IMG/VR virus record: IMGVR_UViG_3300008262_000001
Strand: one strand, 5' to 3'
Origin: a virus
Taxonomy: Duplodnaviria > Caudoviricetes
Length of the DNA stretch: 64,000 nucleotides
Translations under genes and position numbers: made by a program
Notes under the pieces: generated by a model
Seen by the model: the letters and a program-made list of their open reading frames with translations, nothing else
The model's database searches: none
What the model was told of the DNA's origin: nothing
Shown: in pieces, positions 1 through 9,274 of the stretch
Layout of the letters: the number at the start of each line of letters is the position of its first letter
Numbering within the stretch: position 1 is the first letter of the stretch

Positions 1-39
1 ATGCAGTGCAGTATTTTGAGATTGGTTTAAAAGCATTTT

Positions 40-762
40 TTATTCCTCGTCTTCGTCTTCTATTTCGTCACCGTAGGTGTATTCAGAATTTGGATCTTCA
101 TATTCATCTTCGTCCTCAAAATCATCAGATTCTTCAGTATCCTCATAGTGCTCGTCCCAAACTGGCTGTAGTTTACAAGAAAGATACTTTACAAAAACTT
201 CACCCTCTTTTCTATCCTCAATCTTAGCCATTCTAGGACCATTGATCTCATCCAATTCTATACTCTCAATGAATAGTTTTGATTCCTCAAGGTTCATAAA
301 AGGACCGAAAGTGTAAGAACCTAAATCTGGTGTGGTTTTAATCTTCAAAGGGGCAGAAGCCATATCTGTAGAATATTTCACCATTTGGCCATCCTTCTCG
401 AAGAAGTAGTCATCGCACATACTAACAAAGAAGTAATTAGGCTCACCACCATCACCAACCATCTGCTTGGCAAGTTCTAATGCTTTAGACTCATTAACCT
501 TCTTTTTGAAATCAAACTTCTTATCTTGCTTGATTTTAATTCCCTTCTTTTCTTTGTGCTCTTCCCAAGCCTTAGAAAGACCTTCCATATAATCTTGTTG
601 AGCTTTCTTGTCTCCTTTAAACTTCTTATCAAAAGGACCAGAAACACCATGCTCTTTGTGATACTTCTTAGAAAAATCTAAATAAAGATTTCTTTCACTA
701 ACCAACTGGCTTTCTGCTAGCTCTTGTTTTTTCTTTTCTACAATAGAAGAAAACTTTTTCAT
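40..762 (-). CDS. Hypothetical protein with highly acidic C-terminus; possible internal head/core protein
   Basis: 240-aa ORF; N-term MKKFSSIVE...ELAES resembles T4 capsid-targeting leaders; C-term DTEESDDFEDEDEYED...EDEDEE. Confidence 0.6.
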   Translation of the reverse strand: MKKFSSIVEKKKQELAESQLVSERNLYLDFSKKYHKEHGVSGPFDKKFKGDKKAQQDYMEGLSKAWEEHKEKKGIKIKQDKKFDFKKKVNESKALELAKQMVGDGGEPNYFFVSMCDDYFFEKDGQMVKYSTDMASAPLKIKTTPDLGSYTFGPFMNLEESKLFIESIELDEINGPRMAKIEDRKEGEVFVKYLSCKLQPVWDEHYEDTEESDDFEDEDEYEDPNSEYTYGDEIEDEDEE

Positions 763-776
763 TTTATTAATTTATT

Positions 777-1355
777 TTATTTAAAAATCGGTTGATTAGG
801 ATTCTTTTCTCTGGTATAGTAAAGATTAGCACGGTTTCTAGCTATATCATCTAAAACCGGACTTTGTCCTCTTTTAACTCCACCTTTTTGATAAAGATCT
901 GCTACGTTATCTTCCAATTGCTTTTCACTTCTAATATTAGGAAGATCTTTTTTGGCGAACTCCTCATTAGTGTGTCTCATAAACTCCAAATCAACAGAAT
1001 CGTCCTTTGGAGTACTTTTAGAAAAGGAGTAATTTGTTGGACCGAATACCCTTTTAAGAACATTTGGAACAACAGAGAAAACTCCAAAGAGTGTTTCTAC
1101 ACCAGTGTCTGGACCTCCACCTCTTGAAGCTCTGTTTGATTTAACCAAGCTTGATCCCTCTCTTGCCATGTTGTTGATTCTAGTTTCAACTTTTTGGAAG
1201 AAGTCACGGGTTTTTTGGAGAATTGTTGGATCATCTGAAAGTCCGTAGCTTTCTTTAGATCTTTTTTTGTACGTATCTCCCTGATTGTGTCTTTTAAAAA
1301 ACAATTTTTCACTCTCGTTAATACAAAAAGATTCGTATACTTGAAGATTTTTCAT
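777..1355 (-). CDS. Hypothetical protein, possible head-packaged protein
   Basis: 192-aa ORF starting MKNLQVYESFCINES; preceded by GATATATA motif and an AGGAAAGG purine tract. Confidence 0.6.
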   Translation of the reverse strand: MKNLQVYESFCINESEKLFFKRHNQGDTYKKRSKESYGLSDDPTILQKTRDFFQKVETRINNMAREGSSLVKSNRASRGGGPDTGVETLFGVFSVVPNVLKRVFGPTNYSFSKSTPKDDSVDLEFMRHTNEEFAKKDLPNIRSEKQLEDNVADLYQKGGVKRGQSPVLDDIARNRANLYYTREKNPNQPIFK

Positions 1356-1376
1356 TACCTTTCCTTTCTTTCTTTT

Positions 1377-1384
1377 TATATATC
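1377..1384 (-). promoter_or_regulatory. GATATATA motif (putative late promoter)
   Basis: 21 nt upstream of ATG 1355. Confidence 0.55.
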
Positions 1385-1390
1385 CAAAAT

Positions 1391-2917
1391 CTAAAATTTG
1401 ATCTCATAGACCTTGTAATCGAAGTGTTCTCTTTTGTAGATTTCTATTCTTTCTTTGGAGTGTTTCATAAGATAATTGTCTTTGCTATTGCAACTGAAAT
1501 CATCAACAAAGTCTATTATGTTAACTTTCTCCTTACCTTCAAAAAGTCTCATTCCTCTCCCAAGACTTTGTTTGATCAAAACCTCGGATTTATAGGACTC
1601 GGTTAAAAAGATATTATGAATATTTTTTATGCTTACTCCTGTTGAAAGAGTACCGAAAGAAGCTACTAAAATCTTATTGGTTCCCTCTTCCATTCTCTTA
1701 GTGAAAATATCTCGCTTCTCAGGATCAGTATCACCGTCTATATAGTATACCTCGTGTTCAGAACTCTTTTCTCTGATTCCATCGTAGATTCTTTTTCCGT
1801 ATCCCTCTCCTACTGACTGGAATAGTACCAACGAATTTTTAGAAGTTTTCAGAATGAAATTAATCACATAATCAAGTCTTTTATCTGAGTTAATTACAAG
1901 CTTCCTTTCTATATTGAAAATCTCATTTCCTTCTATCTCTTTCTTGTTCTCTTTTAGATTTGAAAGTTTTTCTTTGACCTCCTCATCAAGCCAATCCATT
2001 TTGACTATCTTAATAGAAACCGGTGTAGCATATTTGTTATCAAACAAAAACTTAGGAGATATCTCCATTATCAAAGGTCCAAGAAATTGCTGGATAGTAA
2101 GATATTCAGCGCTGCTTTTGTTTGTCAATGTTCCAGAAAGTCCGAACCTCCATCTAGAATCCCGACACAAAGAGACAACCTTTTTGATGGAAGCACTTGA
2201 TCCTTGATGGCATTCATCAACAAAAACCGCTTCTACCCCATCAAAAAATTCAGGCTCCATCTTCACTAAAGATTGGTATGTCCCTATCATTAGCCCACTA
2301 GAAATTTTCTTCTTATTAGATCCATGGATTTGCTGAAGCTCACAGTTTTCTAATTCTTCTAAACCATACTCCTCGAAATCCTCAGATCCTTGAAGAACTA
2401 GATTACTATTAGGAACAACCATCAAGAATTTCTGGACGTTGTGAACTTTCTTCAGATATGCTAAGACTATGAAAGCAATAAGGGTTTTACCAGAACTTGT
2501 AGCAACTTCAGAAACTGAAAGTTTAAACCTGATGATTTTCCATGCAGTTTCTATTTGGTAATCCCTCGGCTTAAAAGATTTGTTTTCAAAAAAATCATCA
2601 CACCATTTTGTAAATTCTTCAAGAGTAAAGCCAGAATCTATTATTCTTTCAAGTCCCTCTATTCTGACCTCAATTTTGTATTTTTGCCCTATTTGATAAA
2701 GCTCAGACCAAAGACCAATTGGGACTCTCCAAATTGGAAGTCTTTTATCTATAAAACATATAGATCCATCCCACACTTTTTTCTTGACTAAGGGATGGAA
2801 GAAGTGATTATGAATTTTTTTAGTTAATGATATTTCAATTTGCTTTTTTTCAAACTCCTCATCATGATCCACTAAAGTCAGCCAATTATTATCATCACTT
2901 ACTACGAACTTTATCAT
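1391..2917 (-). CDS. uvsW: UvsW-like SF2 DNA helicase
   Basis: PRDYQ Q-motif, Walker A VATSSGKT, DECH box, motif III SGT, QSLGRGMR motif VI; adjacent to UvsY-like gene. Confidence 0.92.
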   Translation of the reverse strand: MIKFVVSDDNNWLTLVDHDEEFEKKQIEISLTKKIHNHFFHPLVKKKVWDGSICFIDKRLPIWRVPIGLWSELYQIGQKYKIEVRIEGLERIIDSGFTLEEFTKWCDDFFENKSFKPRDYQIETAWKIIRFKLSVSEVATSSGKTLIAFIVLAYLKKVHNVQKFLMVVPNSNLVLQGSEDFEEYGLEELENCELQQIHGSNKKKISSGLMIGTYQSLVKMEPEFFDGVEAVFVDECHQGSSASIKKVVSLCRDSRWRFGLSGTLTNKSSAEYLTIQQFLGPLIMEISPKFLFDNKYATPVSIKIVKMDWLDEEVKEKLSNLKENKKEIEGNEIFNIERKLVINSDKRLDYVINFILKTSKNSLVLFQSVGEGYGKRIYDGIREKSSEHEVYYIDGDTDPEKRDIFTKRMEEGTNKILVASFGTLSTGVSIKNIHNIFLTESYKSEVLIKQSLGRGMRLFEGKEKVNIIDFVDDFSCNSKDNYLMKHSKERIEIYKREHFDYKVYEIKF

Positions 2918-2920
2918 CCA

Positions 2921-3391
2921 TTAATAGTTATTTTTAACAGCTCCTGATCTTAAATACTCCTCCAAAGCTATGCGGCTCTTTATACCATAAAGGCAGTGGT
3001 CAACAGTTTTAATTGTCTCATTTACAAATGAAATCTGATTTTCAACTATATCCATTCTTTCTTTGAGGTCAGAAAGGTCTCCTTCAATAAGTGGGGTTTT
3101 TTCATTAGCACCATATTTTATCTGGCTGTTTTCAGAATAAAATTTTAACCTATCGCCTCTATCTTTTCTGTGCTTAGAATTCAACTTCGTCATTACTTGT
3201 CCAAGTTTAGCAGAATATTCCAACAGAATTTGTCTACTAGAATAAAGCTCAACCTGAACCTCACTCAGTTCCCTGATATTTTTCATTCGGATAGAAAGCG
3301 TTCTTATTTTTTCAGTCCACTCAGATCGCTCTTCACTGAATTTTTTGTCGAAATCTATTTTGCTTTCTATATTAGTTTGTTGCTCTGACAT
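2921..3391 (-). CDS. uvsY: UvsY-like recombination mediator
   Basis: 156-aa helical protein next to UvsW; C-terminal ...IKTVDHCLYGIKSRIALEEY pattern resembles UvsY. Confidence 0.7.
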   Translation of the reverse strand: MSEQQTNIESKIDFDKKFSEERSEWTEKIRTLSIRMKNIRELSEVQVELYSSRQILLEYSAKLGQVMTKLNSKHRKDRGDRLKFYSENSQIKYGANEKTPLIEGDLSDLKERMDIVENQISFVNETIKTVDHCLYGIKSRIALEEYLRSGAVKNNY

Positions 3392-3558
3392 TTTTGTTTT
3401 TTTCTTTTAATTGATTCTACCTCTTTCACTTCGGAGCTAATCTTAGCTTTCAGAGGCGGACTTTGGTAATTCATAGAAAGATCTAGATCTGGGAAATCCG
3501 TATCGCCTTTGATGTCCAATGGAAATTTAACCTTTCCATCATTAGTTTTAGCTTTCAT
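3367..3558 (-). CDS. Small hypothetical protein
   Basis: ATG at 3558 overlaps the primase TGA (ATGA coupling) and the ORF fills an otherwise empty gap; its 3' end overlaps the UvsY start. Confidence 0.35.
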   Translation of the reverse strand: MKAKTNDGKVKFPLDIKGDTDFPDLDLSMNYQSPPLKAKISSEVKEVESIKRKKQKCQSNKLI

Positions 3559-4625
3559 ATTTCTATAATATCCCATTTGTCAGCTGAAAAATAGTTATCC
3601 AATCTTTTAATTTTATTACCAGTAGATCTAAGATAATTCACCACGTCATTTAAGTCCCATTTGTCCCTTTCTGGAAAAGAGTTTTCTTTAAGAAATTTTC
3701 CCCAAAGAAAAACCTGTTCACCCTTATCTAAGAGTTCTCTAGATTTTCTTCTACCTGCCTCATCTCCATCTAAAAACCATCTCTTGTTAGTAACATCAAA
3801 AGGAAACTGGTTGTTGATAGAACAAAGTGCAATAGAGTTAGGACAAAGCCAAGCATCCATTGGTCCTTCAAAAGTGGTGATCATAGCATCCAAGTCAACA
3901 GTTGAAAATCCGAACACACTGGATATCGGGTCTACTTCCTCTGCCTTAGAAATTATATCTGGATTTTTTTCATTGAACAGATTTTTGTAAATACCACTAA
4001 GTTTGTATGTGAAGTATTTACTGCTGCTTTTTTTTACAATAGGTCTTATCTGAATTCCAAGAATGAAATTGTCATCACCAGTTAAATTTAAAAGATATAG
4101 ATTTTTTCTTTTTGGATCCCACAAGAATTTAGAATCTGGAGAGTGATTTCTGTTTAGAATCCATTTCTCTGCAAAAGTTCCCTTAACTTCTTGTAGCTCA
4201 AGTCTTTCTTTGAAAAGATCTCTTGGAATGAGTACATCTTTATAGTTTTCGGTAAAGAAGAAATCAATTGAATTTCTGATTTTTTTTCTTGCAACAGATG
4301 ATCTGGAGATCTCAGCTATTTCAGAAACCTCTTCCATCGACAACAAACTATGAGTATCAAAATCTCTTAGGAATTGGTTTAGATTTCTGAAAACACCACA
4401 ACCTCCATTGTAACACTTATAAGTGAGAGTGTCTAGATATAGGTTACCTCTCTTTTTTCTGGCGTCTTTGGAATCTCCACAAAACGGGCAGCAGAAATTT
4501 AATCTACTGCCCGCTTGGTATATTTTTAACCTTTGTGGATCGTTTCCAAAAAACTTTTGAAGAGATGCTTGTACGACAGCTTTTACTCTGTCAACAGACA
4601 AACCACTGACTTCTCTTGTTTCCAT
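3555..4625 (-). CDS. gp61: DNA primase, T4 gp61-like
   Basis: Zn ribbon CCPFCGDS...KKRGNLY...YKCYNGGC; TOPRIM FEGPMDA and acidic LDGDEAG. Confidence 0.88.
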   Translation of the reverse strand: METREVSGLSVDRVKAVVQASLQKFFGNDPQRLKIYQAGSRLNFCCPFCGDSKDARKKRGNLYLDTLTYKCYNGGCGVFRNLNQFLRDFDTHSLLSMEEVSEIAEISRSSVARKKIRNSIDFFFTENYKDVLIPRDLFKERLELQEVKGTFAEKWILNRNHSPDSKFLWDPKRKNLYLLNLTGDDNFILGIQIRPIVKKSSSKYFTYKLSGIYKNLFNEKNPDIISKAEEVDPISSVFGFSTVDLDAMITTFEGPMDAWLCPNSIALCSINNQFPFDVTNKRWFLDGDEAGRRKSRELLDKGEQVFLWGKFLKENSFPERDKWDLNDVVNYLRSTGNKIKRLDNYFSADKWDIIEI

Positions 4626-4643
4626 TCCGATCCATTATTAAGG

Positions 4644-5615
4644 TTATAGATCGTTATAAAGATCGTCTAGAGATGGTGAAGATTTCTTACCTGCTGGTTT
4701 TGAAGCTTTTGCCTTTTCTTCTTCATCACCAAAGAATTCTGAGTCTGCAGAAGATTGTTTAGTAGGAACTTGATCAAAGAAATTATCTGAAGACGATGAA
4801 GGTGCAGATGAACTTTTAGAATCCGAACCACCTCCAATAATTTCAGAAACCATTCTTCCGTCAGGAATAGTGTTTCTTACAATTCTCATTATCTTTTCAT
4901 TCTCCTCTTCTGACCAATCTTTGAAATCGTATTTTTCGAGATCTAATGGACCAGATTGGAGATATTTTGTGATGATGTCTCTGCTCTTTTCAGTTTTTTC
5001 AACTGCATTGCCTTCGACTAAGAGTGGAGTTTTATCTCCAACAAATTGACAAAGATCATAGTTGTTCCATTCTCCAACCTTTCTAACATGTAAACCGAAG
5101 TTTTTACCTTCAAAAAGATCGTATGGATTTGAAGGATTTCCAAATTCAGGCTTAATTTGTTGCTCGATTAGATCATTTACTTTTCTACCGAACTTCAATA
5201 CCATGATTTTACCCTCGAGATCAGGTCTGTTTGGATCCTTAACTATTTGAATAAGAGAATAGAAATCTTCTTTTCTTGAGAAAGATTTAGAAATCTCTTG
5301 GTCTTTAGCTGATGGTGAATTCTTAAGCTTCCAGAAGATGTCTTTGAGAATAGATTTTTTACCAACTGTAGAAGGACAAAGTGCCTTCATGTTTGTTCCA
5401 TCAACTGGGTCTTTCAACCACACATAGTACTGATGAATTTTAGATTTCTTTGGGTTGGTAACATTGGGAAGAAATCTAATAAGAGATTTGTAAACCCCGT
5501 CTTTTCCAAGTTCTGGATAAGGTTTGTAAAGGGACTCGTCCTCGTCTCTTTTAACTTCCTGTTTTACGAAAGCCTCATTGTCTAAATTAAAAATGTCAAA
5601 ATCCTGATTTTCCAT
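4644..5615 (-). CDS. gp32: Single-stranded DNA-binding protein, T4 gp32-like
   Basis: LIRFLP core motif, DPDRPD-like segment with GKIMVLKFG, Ser-rich linker, acidic tail SLDDLYNDL close to T4 gp32 DLDDLLNDL. Confidence 0.9.
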   Translation of the reverse strand: MENQDFDIFNLDNEAFVKQEVKRDEDESLYKPYPELGKDGVYKSLIRFLPNVTNPKKSKIHQYYVWLKDPVDGTNMKALCPSTVGKKSILKDIFWKLKNSPSAKDQEISKSFSRKEDFYSLIQIVKDPNRPDLEGKIMVLKFGRKVNDLIEQQIKPEFGNPSNPYDLFEGKNFGLHVRKVGEWNNYDLCQFVGDKTPLLVEGNAVEKTEKSRDIITKYLQSGPLDLEKYDFKDWSEEENEKIMRIVRNTIPDGRMVSEIIGGGSDSKSSSAPSSSSDNFFDQVPTKQSSADSEFFGDEEEKAKASKPAGKKSSPSLDDLYNDL

Positions 5616-5650
5616 AATTCTTTAAATTTTTTAAAATTGTTTTATTCAAA

Positions 5651-6340
5651 TTATACCGCTTGCTCTTTCGAAAGTTTCTCTTTGTTTTCCTCAATAAATA
5701 ATGCTATCCAAGTGGCATCCACAAGATCAGAACACGGGTTCTCAACTTTGTTTGCTCCCTTTACCCACTGTGACTTGTACTCTTTTAGTAAATCAATGAA
5801 AGGTTTAAGTCTAAGATCATCTTTTCTTTTTTCGATCAATGCTTCGTAGAGTTCATCTTTTTTCGAATTTCCCTTAAGTGCAAATTTTTTAATAGTTGTT
5901 GGTGAAAAGACAAAGAAGTTATCTGGATTAATCTTTTTGACAATAGCTGATCTGATAAGAGCAGTGGTCATAGAAATATCAATAAGCGAGTTACCAGAAG
6001 AGCCAAATGAAAGTCCCTCCATTGCAACCACAGTATTTTCGTCCAAATAGGGAGTTAAAAGGTCAATTGCAAGATCAGAAAAGTAAATTGCATTTAAAAT
6101 TTTTTGTCTTTCTTTTAAATGATAATCGTCACTAAATTCTTTTCTTGCTATGATATTCACATCTACAAAACTGCTATCATTGAGAATCTTAAAAGGAGAT
6201 CCCTCCTTCTTATACATTTTGTCGATGATATTAGATGTACGATGAAGACTGATCCAACTACATCCAGAAGATGTCAAAATACAGAATCCAGGACTATTTA
6301 AAGAAAAGTCCACACCTACATATTTGGTCTCATTATTCAT
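5651..6340 (-). CDS. RuvC-like Holliday junction resolvase
   Basis: VGVDFSLNSPG, VAMEGLSF, PTTIKKFALKGNSKKDEL and DLVDA RNase H-fold motifs; likely start at ATG 6340 just after the gp3 stop (track start 6355). Confidence 0.8.
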   Translation of the reverse strand: MNNETKYVGVDFSLNSPGFCILTSSGCSWISLHRTSNIIDKMYKKEGSPFKILNDSSFVDVNIIARKEFSDDYHLKERQKILNAIYFSDLAIDLLTPYLDENTVVAMEGLSFGSSGNSLIDISMTTALIRSAIVKKINPDNFFVFSPTTIKKFALKGNSKKDELYEALIEKRKDDLRLKPFIDLLKEYKSQWVKGANKVENPCSDLVDATWIALFIEENKEKLSKEQAV

Positions 6341-6341
6341 A

Positions 6342-6893
6342 TTAGCCAATTTCAAGTTTAACGTTTACATAGTTACACCTGAAACCGATACTAAAAGTGG
6401 AAAATTGTGGAGTGGTACTAGCATAGTTAAGCTGAAGATCTGAAATACTAGTTACTATCGGCTGCTGTAAAATAACAGAAGCCATAATAATACCCTCATT
6501 ATCTAAAAGAAGTAGCCTGAAATCTGGAAGATATTGTTCAGGATTTTGGAAGTCTAAGAATCTAACTATATTTTCATAGAGAACCCAATAATTGATGAAT
6601 CCCTCACCTAGTTTAAAACTAACTGTGAAATCCCTTTGGATTAGATTCTGTAGCGTTGTTGAGCTTTTGTAATTCTGCTTGTAACCACCGGGTCTTATCT
6701 GTTCAACATTATCTATGCTTCTAATTGTTGGAAAATTAACAGATTGTATAGTTGCATTAATAAAATCATTAACCGTGTCATAAGGAATAGGCATTCTTTT
6801 AATGTACCCCTCATACTTCTCTACAACTTCCGGGTATATAAATCCTTTTGGAAAATTAAAAATAAACCCGTTTTGCCTTGCGTTCAGGATCAT
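6342..6893 (-). CDS. gp3: Tail tube terminator, T4 gp3-like
   Basis: 183 aa; F-x-F-N-F start, FTVSFKLGEGFINYWVLYE, LLLLDNEG, ISDLQLNY pattern parallels T4 gp3. Confidence 0.7.
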   Translation of the reverse strand: MILNARQNGFIFNFPKGFIYPEVVEKYEGYIKRMPIPYDTVNDFINATIQSVNFPTIRSIDNVEQIRPGGYKQNYKSSTTLQNLIQRDFTVSFKLGEGFINYWVLYENIVRFLDFQNPEQYLPDFRLLLLDNEGIIMASVILQQPIVTSISDLQLNYASTTPQFSTFSIGFRCNYVNVKLEIG

Positions 6894-9247
6894 CTTGAAG
6901 CAGTGTTATTTGTATTAGAAGAAGTCACAGGTGAGTTTGGATCAGCTACAGGAAGATTTAAGGCATTGCAGTATTGAATATATTTAGCATCAAATTTTCC
7001 ATTGGCAAGTTTAGGGTGCACTTCCAAAGCTGCAGTTAAAAACTGGGATGCTTTTAATCCATTAAACAAACTTGCTCCTGGTGATCCGGGATTAAAATGG
7101 TAGTTGACCACTCTAGCGACAATATAACCCATAGCTTCTAATCCTGCTATTGAGTTAGCAAGAGCAGTGATATTAATATTCGATGCTTGATTTGCACTTT
7201 GAATTGGAGGAGGAACTGCGGAATTTGAGCCAAGCAGTCCTCCTGTTGTGTTCAAAGTCGATGAAGGAACAGTACTTAAAATTGCACTACTGCCTAAAAC
7301 GTAAGTATCACTAGTTTCTGGATTACTGCTTTGAGGAACTCCATTGACTATCTGTGAACCAGTTGTGGTATTTGCAGATCCTGTTGCTGGTTTATTAGCA
7401 GCAGTTGTTGTTGAACTTGCTACTGTTGTTGAGGTAGTAGTGGTAGAAGTAGTTGCAGATGAACTCTGTGTTGTTCCAGTAGCTGATGCAGTTGATGAAG
7501 TAAATTCTGCTTGTGTTTGCCAAGATCCTGAATATAACTTCGTTTCTATTCCATCTGGTGTCTTTGATATAATATAAAATTCTCTGTTAGTGAATCCTAG
7601 CACTTTTTTGGAATTGGTATCAACTAACTTGAATGAAATTTGTCCAGTAGATGGATTTGAAATCGTCGTCTTGTTTTTAATATTCTCAACTCTCACTGTT
7701 TGTCCACTCGCATCTAAGAAAACTAGATAGTAAGTTAAAGAATTTCCTAAATCCAATATTTCAGGGGTTTGTCCTCCAGTCAAATTGTAAACGGTAAACT
7801 TGTAAAAATTGTCAAACGGATCAACCACTATTTTTGCCTTGCCCTGACCATAAACTGTTGAGGCATTTGGTACAGAAGATTCAGATACCAGTGCACCATC
7901 CTTTCCAATAACTATAGTTTCTTGAGTGACCGAAATATTATTGTCCTTATAAAAAACAGGTACCTTCTTTTCCTTTGGGGAACCAACATTTGTATTAACA
8001 CCATAAGGCGAAAGAACATTTGGTGCTTGAACTATCTTGTTGTAGACTTTTTGAGAGTATGCTCCAGTAGTCAAAGTTATCTTATTAACCTCTCTTCCAT
8101 ACTTTGTAGTATCAAACGAACTAAAAGAGGATCTTCTGATTATTTGGTTCTGGTTGGATCTGTTAACCAGTCTCATAGTATAGTTCACAAGAAAAGAAGT
8201 GGTTAATGGATTTTGAAGCACAGGTCTAAAGATGTAAGGAGCATTATAATCCTGTGTTTGTGTGGTTGTGAAATTATAAGTCGTGATATAAGTCAATCCA
8301 ACTTGTTCCTTAACCTCGATCTCATGAACAACATAATATGAATTACCAACTCTACCTTCTGCATTGACAAAGTCTTCCAAGAAGTTACCTTCCCATGTTG
8401 GATAATATTCCAAATAGTTATAGAAAGAATTCTGCTGTATTACAGCTGCTAAGCTTGAATAAACATCTCTTGGAAAAATTCCAAGTTCTGCCTTAACCTG
8501 GGCAATATAATTGTCGTAGCCGTCTTTTAATACAGTTTGTGATATCTCATACAAAGCAAACTCGACTGGTGCATCTTTTTTAAATCCATTACCATCTGAA
8601 GAAATCTTGGCAGCTAAAGTGTTTGCCTGAGATGATGTTCCAGCCAGAATATCATACTCATAAACCATGTTAGCATAAGCAGGAATCTTAACCTCAACAT
8701 AGTGGTCATAGAGAGCACCTCCTAAATAAATAGGATTTGGATTTAAGATAGGTAAAGTTACATCTGACTTGGTCACAAGAAGCTGTAAAATCGTAGCCTT
8801 TTTGCCTGTTCTTTCTTGGAACTGTATCTGTAATATAATTCCATCAATATTGTCGAAGTTGTAACCAGCAACAATGTGAAACTTTACAGTGTCATAATAA
8901 ACTCCTATATTAGAAGGAAATACTACAGGAAGATTTGCTACAGATGTTAATTTGGGATCAAAATTTAAATATTGAACTAAATAGTCCTCATCTAAAGAAA
9001 CGAATCTATTCTTAGCAGTTCTAACAACACTAAGATCTCTGACATTATTGGTTACACTTTGATCTACAGGTTTATTTAAAATTTGAACGGCGTTATCAAA
9101 ATAACCGTTTACTATTTTTTCAAACCCAACTGCAGGAGTTCCGGTGTTGACAAAATATTGCTCAGGATTAGGTGATGAAGTATAATTGTACTCCAACAAG
9201 AGATAATCCGTAAGCTTTACAAACCTTTGTGTAGATGTATAAGACAT
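6890..9247 (-). CDS. Putative virion structural protein with Ser/Thr-rich linker
   Basis: 785 aa, beta-rich; low-complexity S/T tract at about 7355-7501; upstream AATATATA motif. Confidence 0.6.
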   Translation of the reverse strand: MSYTSTQRFVKLTDYLLLEYNYTSSPNPEQYFVNTGTPAVGFEKIVNGYFDNAVQILNKPVDQSVTNNVRDLSVVRTAKNRFVSLDEDYLVQYLNFDPKLTSVANLPVVFPSNIGVYYDTVKFHIVAGYNFDNIDGIILQIQFQERTGKKATILQLLVTKSDVTLPILNPNPIYLGGALYDHYVEVKIPAYANMVYEYDILAGTSSQANTLAAKISSDGNGFKKDAPVEFALYEISQTVLKDGYDNYIAQVKAELGIFPRDVYSSLAAVIQQNSFYNYLEYYPTWEGNFLEDFVNAEGRVGNSYYVVHEIEVKEQVGLTYITTYNFTTTQTQDYNAPYIFRPVLQNPLTTSFLVNYTMRLVNRSNQNQIIRRSSFSSFDTTKYGREVNKITLTTGAYSQKVYNKIVQAPNVLSPYGVNTNVGSPKEKKVPVFYKDNNISVTQETIVIGKDGALVSESSVPNASTVYGQGKAKIVVDPFDNFYKFTVYNLTGGQTPEILDLGNSLTYYLVFLDASGQTVRVENIKNKTTISNPSTGQISFKLVDTNSKKVLGFTNREFYIISKTPDGIETKLYSGSWQTQAEFTSSTASATGTTQSSSATTSTTTTSTTVASSTTTAANKPATGSANTTTGSQIVNGVPQSSNPETSDTYVLGSSAILSTVPSSTLNTTGGLLGSNSAVPPPIQSANQASNINITALANSIAGLEAMGYIVARVVNYHFNPGSPGASLFNGLKASQFLTAALEVHPKLANGKFDAKYIQYCNALNLPVADPNSPVTSSNTNNTASR

Positions 9248-9251
9248 GCTT

Positions 9252-9259
9252 TATATATT
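9252..9259 (-). promoter_or_regulatory. AATATATA motif
   Basis: 4 nt upstream of ATG 9247. Confidence 0.6.
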
Positions 9260-9274
9260 CCCTTTTATTTAGGC

